64,000 bases of DNA, taken from contig CP166621.1 of assembly GCA_041937185.1 (NCBI GenBank), positions 2,132,571 through 2,196,570 of the forward strand, read 5' to 3'. The translations under genes were made by a program, and so were the position numbers. Of the stretch, positions 58,524-64,000 are shown piece after piece. Every line of letters begins with the position of its first letter. Position 1 is the stretch's first letter. The notes under the pieces were generated by a model that had not been told where the DNA came from, searched no databases, and was given only the letters and a program-made list of their open reading frames with translations. Source of the DNA: Leptolyngbya sp. BL-A-14. GTDB lineage: Bacteria; Cyanobacteriota; Cyanobacteriia; Leptolyngbyales; Leptolyngbyaceae.

Positions 58524-60530
58524 ATGTCTTCCTTTGTTGAAGTTGACCACGTCGATCAGGTTTTCCCGCTGCCCAATGGGCTGAAGTACATTGCACTGAA
58601 GAACATCACCCTGGACATTACCAAGGGAGAGTTCATTACGCTGCTGGGGCACTCTGGCTGCGGGAAATCTACGCTGTTAAACATCATTGCTGGCCTGAAC
58701 AATCCGACGCAGGGTGGTGTGGTGTTGGAAGGTCGCCAGGTCACAAAGCCAGGACCCGATCGCATGGTGGTCTTCCAAAACTACTCCCTGCTGCCCTGGC
58801 TGACAGTACGAGAAAATATCGCCCTGGCGGTCAATCGCGTGCTGAAAGACCTGCCTGCTGCCGAGCGCAATGACATTATCGAACAGCACATCGATCTGGT
58901 GAAATTACGTCCGGCTGCGAATAAAAAACCAGGACACTTGTCAGGTGGCATGAAGCAACGGGTGGCGATCGCCCGTGCCCTTTCCATTCGTCCCAAGCTT
59001 CTTTTGCTGGACGAGCCCTTTGGTGCGCTGGATGCTCTGACTCGCAGCAGTTTGCAAGATCAGTTGATGCAAATCGCCCAGGAGCACCAGTTGACCTGCG
59101 TGATGGTGACGCACGATGTGGATGAAGCGCTGCTGCTGTCTGATCGAATTGTAATGCTGACCAATGGTCCTGAATCCTACGTGGGGCAGATTTTAGAGGT
59201 GCCCTTTACCCGCCCACGCGATCGTCTGCAAGTCGTCAATCATCCCAACTACTACGCCTTACGCGCCGAGATTGTTTACTTTCTCAACCAGCAGAAAAAG
59301 GCGAAGCAGCGGAAGGTTACGCAAACAGCCGCGATCGCTCGCAATGGCTTAGAAAAAGTCAACCTGGAGCTTGGCTTTGTGCCGCTGACTGACTGTGCGC
59401 CGCTGGTCATCGCGAAGGAAAAGGGCTTCTTCCAGAAATATGGTTTGGAGGAGGTCACTCTTTCGCGGGAACCCAGTTGGAAGGCTATTTCGGAAGGTGT
59501 AGCATCTAAACGTCTGGATGCAGCACAAATGACGGCTGGAATGCCCCTCGCCATGACGCTAGGCATGGGTCGTAAAACGCCTGTTCCAACAGTGACAGGC
59601 TTAGTGCTGAGTCGCAACGGTAATGCGGTTACGTTCAGCAAGCAACTCTACGATGCTGGAGTCCGCACGCTGGCAGACTTTAAGACCGTGATCGCTCAAA
59701 CGCCTGATCAGGTTCGCACGCTGGCAGTCGTCCATCCCTCCTCCATGCACAACCTCATGCTGCGTCACTGGCTAGCATCAGGCGGCATTGATCCCGATGC
59801 CGATGTCAACGTGACCGTGATTCCCCCTGCTCAAATGGTGGCAACTTTGAAGGCAGGCAGCATTGATGGCTACTGTGCTGGTGAGCCGTGGAACTCCCAT
59901 GCTGTGCAGGAAGGGTTAGGGTTTGTGATCGCAACGGATTTTGACATCTGGGCAGGGCATCTGGAGAAAGTCCTGGGCGTGCGCGAAGACTGGGCAAACC
60001 AATATCCCGAAACACATCTGGCACTGGTGAAAGCGCTGCTAGAAGCCTGTGAATACTGTGACGATCGCCGCAATCGCGAAGAACTCGTGGAACTGCTGAG
60101 CCGACCTGAATATGTGGGTGCCAATCCTGCCTATCTCCGTCCTGGTCTGCTGGATCCCTATCAACGCAGTCTTGATACAGAACCAGAACAACTCCTACGC
60201 TTCAATCAGTTCTACGTCGATCAAACAAATTGCCCCTATCGGACGGAAGGGCTGTGGATTATGACGCAGTTTGCTCGCTGGGGCTTGACTCCCTTCCCGC
60301 GTAACTGGATTGAAGTGCTCGATCGCGTTCGCCGCGTTGATGTCTTTGGAGCCGCTGCCCGTGACCTGGGCTTACCAGATATGCAGCCAAATCGCGGCCC
60401 GATTCATTTCGCCGATGGCAGCATCTTCAATCCTGATGACCCCATTGGCTACCTCAACAGCTTAGAAATCAAGCGCGAACTTCGGATTGAAGAAGTGGCG
60501 ATCGATGCCCTTGAACCAGTAGCTGTCTGA
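58524..60530 (+). CDS. nrtC: Nitrate ABC transporter ATP-binding protein with a C-terminal NrtA-like regulatory domain
   Basis: Start at MSSFVEVDHVDQVF. Walker A GHSGCGKSTLLN, LSGGMKQR signature and LLLDEPFGALD Walker B. The C-terminal ~380 aa are homologous to NrtA (LGFVPLTDCAPLVIAKEKGFF parallels the NrtA LGFIALTDSAPLIIAKEKGYF). Confidence 0.9.
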   Translation: MSSFVEVDHVDQVFPLPNGLKYIALKNITLDITKGEFITLLGHSGCGKSTLLNIIAGLNNPTQGGVVLEGRQVTKPGPDRMVVFQNYSLLPWLTVRENIALAVNRVLKDLPAAERNDIIEQHIDLVKLRPAANKKPGHLSGGMKQRVAIARALSIRPKLLLLDEPFGALDALTRSSLQDQLMQIAQEHQLTCVMVTHDVDEALLLSDRIVMLTNGPESYVGQILEVPFTRPRDRLQVVNHPNYYALRAEIVYFLNQQKKAKQRKVTQTAAIARNGLEKVNLELGFVPLTDCAPLVIAKEKGFFQKYGLEEVTLSREPSWKAISEGVASKRLDAAQMTAGMPLAMTLGMGRKTPVPTVTGLVLSRNGNAVTFSKQLYDAGVRTLADFKTVIAQTPDQVRTLAVVHPSSMHNLMLRHWLASGGIDPDADVNVTVIPPAQMVATLKAGSIDGYCAGEPWNSHAVQEGLGFVIATDFDIWAGHLEKVLGVREDWANQYPETHLALVKALLEACEYCDDRRNREELVELLSRPEYVGANPAYLRPGLLDPYQRSLDTEPEQLLRFNQFYVDQTNCPYRTEGLWIMTQFARWGLTPFPRNWIEVLDRVRRVDVFGAAARDLGLPDMQPNRGPIHFADGSIFNPDDPIGYLNSLEIKRELRIEEVAIDALEPVAV

Positions 60531-60574
60531 TGAGAAGTAAGGCTAAAGGCTAAAGGCTAAAGGCTGAATTCAAA

Positions 60575-60613
60575 ACTCTCTAGCTTGTCGGCGCAACGCG
60601 CTACTCAAAACTC
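60575..60613 (+). repeat. Copy 4 of the 39-bp dispersed repeat, in the nrtC-nrtD spacer, preceded by (GGCTAAAG)3
   Basis: ACTCTCTAGCTTGTCGGCGCAACGCGCTACTCAAAACTC differs from copy 1 by one substitution. 60541-60566 reads GGCTAAAGGCTAAAGGCTAAAGGCTG. Confidence 0.8.
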
Positions 60614-60636
60614 AAAACTTCTCCCCTCATCTCCTT

Positions 60637-61479
60637 ATGCAAACAGCCAACACCACAACGCTCGAACCCAAGCTACCGTTAACATCAGATCCCTTTCTGG
60701 TGATCGAAAACCTGACAAAGGCTTATCCAACAACGGGTGGTGGCGATTATATCGTTCTAGATGGCATTAACCTGACGGTACAGGAAGGCGAGTTTGTCTG
60801 CGTGATTGGGCATTCGGGCTGCGGCAAATCGACACTGCTGGATATGGTGTCGGGCTTCCGAGAGCCGACGAGCGGTGAGGTGCGTCTACAGGGCAACCGG
60901 ATTACCAAACCCGGCCCTGATCGCATGGTGGTGTTCCAAAACTACTCCTTGCTGCCGTGGATGACAGCCTTTGAGAATGTTTACCTGGGTATTCATTCGG
61001 TTTGGCCCGACAAGCCCAAGGCTGAAAAAGAGCAGATTGCCCACGATCACTTAGCGCTTGTGGGTCTCACAGAAGCGGCGAATAAAAAGCCCGGACAGCT
61101 TTCTGGCGGGATGAAACAACGGGTTTGCATTGCCCGTGCTTTAGCCTTACGCCCGCAAGTGTTGGTGTTAGATGAACCGTTTGGCGCACTCGATCCCATT
61201 ACGCGCGAAGAACTCCAAGAAGAGCTGCTCAAAATTTGGACAGAGCATCGCGTAACGGTACTGATGATTACGCATGACATTGATGAAGCACTGTTGTTGG
61301 GCGATCGCCTGGTGATGATGACGAACGGTCCGGCAGCAAAAGTGGGCGAAATTTTGTCGATTCCCTTTCCCCGCCCGCGCGATCGAACTCATGTAATGGA
61401 AGACCCGACGTACTACGAGTTACGCAATTATGCGCTGGACTTCTTGTATCACCGCTTTGCTCATGATGACGTTGAGTAA
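60637..61479 (+). CDS. nrtD: Nitrate ABC transporter ATP-binding protein
   Basis: 280 aa. Walker A GHSGCGKSTLLD, LSGGMKQR and VLVLDEPFGALD motifs. Confidence 0.9.
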   Translation: MQTANTTTLEPKLPLTSDPFLVIENLTKAYPTTGGGDYIVLDGINLTVQEGEFVCVIGHSGCGKSTLLDMVSGFREPTSGEVRLQGNRITKPGPDRMVVFQNYSLLPWMTAFENVYLGIHSVWPDKPKAEKEQIAHDHLALVGLTEAANKKPGQLSGGMKQRVCIARALALRPQVLVLDEPFGALDPITREELQEELLKIWTEHRVTVLMITHDIDEALLLGDRLVMMTNGPAAKVGEILSIPFPRPRDRTHVMEDPTYYELRNYALDFLYHRFAHDDVE

Positions 61480-61484
61480 GCGTC

Positions 61485-61883
61485 TTGAAGCGAAATTTGT
61501 CCGCTGTGTTCGCCTGTTGGGTTCGTGTTTCTCGGTTTGCTCTTTTGCCCCCTGTAGCGACAACACCAACAATTATGGTTCAAACCTCCACTTCACTCCC
61601 TGGCGACTGGTCTAATCGCATTCTTTGCTACTACGAAAACGCCACAAGCCAGATTCAGATCGCGCGCATTGCCAACGTTCCTAACTGGCTGTTTGAGCGG
61701 GTCATCTTCCCTCGCCAGCGGTTGCTGTTTGAAGCCCTTCCTGAGGCGTTACTTGAAGTGCGTAGTTCTGCCGGGGGACCATCCCTGCTAGACCAGATTC
61801 CATGCTTGAGCTTGCAGGTAAGAGAGGGGATTCGTAATGGACTGAATCTTGGTGAGCCAACCATGGATAGTGCCTATGACTAA
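61485..61883 (+). CDS. Conserved hypothetical protein between nrtD and narB (likely true start at MVQTSTS, 61575)
   Basis: 132-aa ORF. The conserved-looking core is [47 protein letters not shown]. Its stop overlaps the narB start by 8 nt. Confidence 0.4.
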   Translation: MKRNLSAVFACWVRVSRFALLPPVATTPTIMVQTSTSLPGDWSNRILCYYENATSQIQIARIANVPNWLFERVIFPRQRLLFEALPEALLEVRSSAGGPSLLDQIPCLSLQVREGIRNGLNLGEPTMDSAYD

Positions 61884-64000
61884 CCCCATAAAAACGCTTT
61901 GTCCCTACTGCGGCGTGGGTTGCGGTCTCGAAGTCTTGCCTCCAGCAACGCCAGGTAAGCCCGTGAATCGTGATAAGCAGGGAACACCTATCTGGCAAGC
62001 ACGGGGCGATCGAGCGCATCCGTCTAGCCAGGGAATGGTGTGCGTCAAAGGTGCCACCATTACAGAGTCGCTGCACAAAGATCGGCTGCTGCACCCAATG
62101 GTGCGAGACTCGCTGGATGAACCGTTTCGTCGGGCTTCCTGGGATGAAGCGCTGGGGCGTGTGGTCGATCGCATTCAAACCGTTCGGGCAACTCAGGGTG
62201 CCGATGGGCTTTGTATGTACGGGTCTGGGCAGTTCAACACCGAAGATTACTACGTCGCCCAGAAGCTGATGAAAGGCTTTCTCGGCACCAACAACTTCGA
62301 TGCAAACTCACGCCTGTGCATGTCTTCAGCTGTCGCTGGTTATATCCAGAGCCTCGGTTCAGACGGTCCTCCCTGCTGCTATGACGATTTGGATTTAACG
62401 GACTGCGCTTTTTTGATCGGCACCAATACGGCAGAATGCCATCCGATCGTGTTTAATCGTCTGCGGAAGCACCACAAGCAGCATAAGCACGTCAAGCTGA
62501 TTGTGGTCGATCCGCGCAAAACCCAAACGGCTGATGCGGCGGATTTGCATCTGGCAATCCAACCCGGAACCGATATTGATTTACTGAACGGAATCGCCTA
62601 TTTACTGCTGTATCGCGGCTACCTGGATTCTGTCTTCGTCGCCAAGCACACGAACCACTTCACGGCGTTTGCAGAAGTCATCGAGGACTATAAGCCAGAA
62701 ATCGTTGCCAAACGGTGTGGCATTTCCGTCGAAGATCTGGAAACGGCTGCACGATATTGGGGCGAATCGAAACGGGTGCTGTCGATGTGGTCGATGGGGG
62801 TAAACCAGTCCAGCGAAGGAACAGCAAAGGTACGATCGATCATCAACCTGCACCTCATGACAGGCCAAATCGGCAAACCCGGCGCAGGACCGTTCTCACT
62901 GACTGGACAACCCAATGCGATGGGTGGACGCGAAGCCGGGGGCTTGTCTCATCTGCTGCCAGGGTATCGATCGGTCAAGAATCCCCAACATCGCGCCGAA
63001 GTCGAACAGTTTTGGGGACTAGAACCCGGACAAATTTCTCCGAACCCAGGGCGCACAGCCTGGGACATGATCACAGGGTTAGAAGAAGGAGCCGTCGGCT
63101 TTCTTTGGATTGCGGCCACCAATCCAGTCGTGAGCATGCCTGATCTGGAGCGGACGAAGCGGGCATTGCTACGATCGCCCTTCACCGTTTACCAGGAAGC
63201 CTACTATCCCACTGAAACGTCTGCCTATGCCCACGTACTGCTCCCCGCTGCCCAATGGAGTGAAGCACCGGGAACCATGACCAACTCCGAACGGCGCGTC
63301 ACGCTTTGCCCACAGTTCCGCACGCCCCCCGGTGAAGCGCGAGCGGATTGGGTGATTTTTGCCGAGGTGGCGCGTCGCTTAGGCTTTGGCAAACCCTTTA
63401 CCTTCAATGGAGCAGCAGATGTCCATGCAGAATTTGTGCAGCTTACCCGTGGCCGCCCCTGCGATATGACGGGCATAACCCACGATCGCCTCCGCTATGA
63501 AGGGCCGCTGCAATGGCCCTGCACTCAGGGTGAAGATGAGGGCAACAGCATTCAGACCGAGAAGGGCAGATTTCGCTTTCCCTCCTTTATCCGCAATCCA
63601 CAAAAGCAGTCAGCCTCACGTTTGGCGGCAAAGCGTCTGTATACCGATCGCCAATTTCACACGCCGGATGGGCGCGCACGTTTTGCCGCTCATCATTCGC
63701 GGGGGTTAGCAGAGCCACCGGATGATCGCTATCCCTATGTCTTGACCACCGGCAGACTCTATGGGCACTGGCATACGCAGACCCGCACTGGACGGGTGGA
63801 TAAAATTCGCCAGATGTACGATGGTCCGTTTATTGAAATTCATCCCCGCGATGCAGCGTCGCTGGGCGTAGAGGATGGCCACTGGCTAGAGGTGCGATCG
63901 CGACGAGGGACAGCCCGCTTTCCGGCGAAAGTCACGACGGCGATTACACCTAAGACAGTGTTCGTGCCCATGCATTGGGGCGCGCTCTGGGCAGACCATG
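61876..64000 (+). CDS. narB: Assimilatory ferredoxin-nitrate reductase (molybdopterin oxidoreductase), 5' partial; continues beyond the window end
   Basis: [20 protein letters not shown] is the N-terminal 4Fe-4S Cys motif of NarB. The frame stays open to 64000, and MGD-family motifs follow. Confidence 0.85.
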   Translation, partial: MTNPIKTLCPYCGVGCGLEVLPPATPGKPVNRDKQGTPIWQARGDRAHPSSQGMVCVKGATITESLHKDRLLHPMVRDSLDEPFRRASWDEALGRVVDRIQTVRATQGADGLCMYGSGQFNTEDYYVAQKLMKGFLGTNNFDANSRLCMSSAVAGYIQSLGSDGPPCCYDDLDLTDCAFLIGTNTAECHPIVFNRLRKHHKQHKHVKLIVVDPRKTQTADAADLHLAIQPGTDIDLLNGIAYLLLYRGYLDSVFVAKHTNHFTAFAEVIEDYKPEIVAKRCGISVEDLETAARYWGESKRVLSMWSMGVNQSSEGTAKVRSIINLHLMTGQIGKPGAGPFSLTGQPNAMGGREAGGLSHLLPGYRSVKNPQHRAEVEQFWGLEPGQISPNPGRTAWDMITGLEEGAVGFLWIAATNPVVSMPDLERTKRALLRSPFTVYQEAYYPTETSAYAHVLLPAAQWSEAPGTMTNSERRVTLCPQFRTPPGEARADWVIFAEVARRLGFGKPFTFNGAADVHAEFVQLTRGRPCDMTGITHDRLRYEGPLQWPCTQGEDEGNSIQTEKGRFRFPSFIRNPQKQSASRLAAKRLYTDRQFHTPDGRARFAAHHSRGLAEPPDDRYPYVLTTGRLYGHWHTQTRTGRVDKIRQMYDGPFIEIHPRDAASLGVEDGHWLEVRSRRGTARFPAKVTTAITPKTVFVPMHWGALWADH

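Noticed and set aside
61570-61600. tRNA-like T-loop sequence GGTTCAAACCTCC
   Set aside because: Flanking bases do not form a T-stem or acceptor stem, and it lies inside a protein-coding ORF.

Overview
This 64-kb window reads as a cyanobacterial chromosomal segment. The octamer GCGATCGC (HIP1) recurs throughout and intergenic spacers are filled with tandem heptamer repeats of the STRR type; I did not count HIP1 copies.

Layout:
- Positions 1-21.7 kb hold a complete Mo-nitrogenase (nif) supercluster with two divergent arms. The minus-strand arm is nifB-fdxN-nifS-nifU-nifH-nifD-nifK-orf-nifE-nifN-nifX-DUF269-DUF683-nifW-hesA-hesB-fdxH-feoA. The plus-strand arm is nifP(cysE-like)-orf-dpsA-small orf-nifV-nifZ-nifT-[2Fe-2S] ferredoxin-like.
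- The two arms are separated by a 1.17-kb non-coding divergent region rich in repeated motifs. No cnfR/patB-type regulator is encoded there.
- Downstream of the nif arms: a GAF histidine kinase, then a redox-enzyme neighbourhood (DM13, FNR-like/2Fe-2S reductase, GMC oxidoreductase, VOC, FGE-like).
- Then thrB, a KirBac-type K+ channel, a tandem-YbjQ membrane protein, a small-protein plus DTGA aspartic-protease pair, dienelactone hydrolase, and a long transketolase-family enzyme.
- Then a dTDP-rhamnose cluster (rfbC, rfbA, GT4, rfbB), murG, a TxlA-like thioredoxin, argB, an alpha/beta hydrolase, a NIL-ferredoxin, a carotenoid cleavage oxygenase and a BT1 transporter.
- Finally the nitrate-assimilation operon nirA-nrtABCD-narB (narB truncated by the window end), with an NtcA-type promoter upstream of nirA.

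No rRNA, tRNA, CRISPR array, transposase or obvious defence system was found. The most interesting unexplained structure is non-coding:
- long hairpins built from inverted heptamer arrays in nif intercistronic spacers;
- a shared CCCGCCCCTACAGG hairpin at two nif junctions;
- a 39-bp dispersed repeat in four copies;
- a perfect 31-bp tandem duplication in the nifB/nifP control region.

All functional calls are from reading the translated ORFs by eye; no database search was run.
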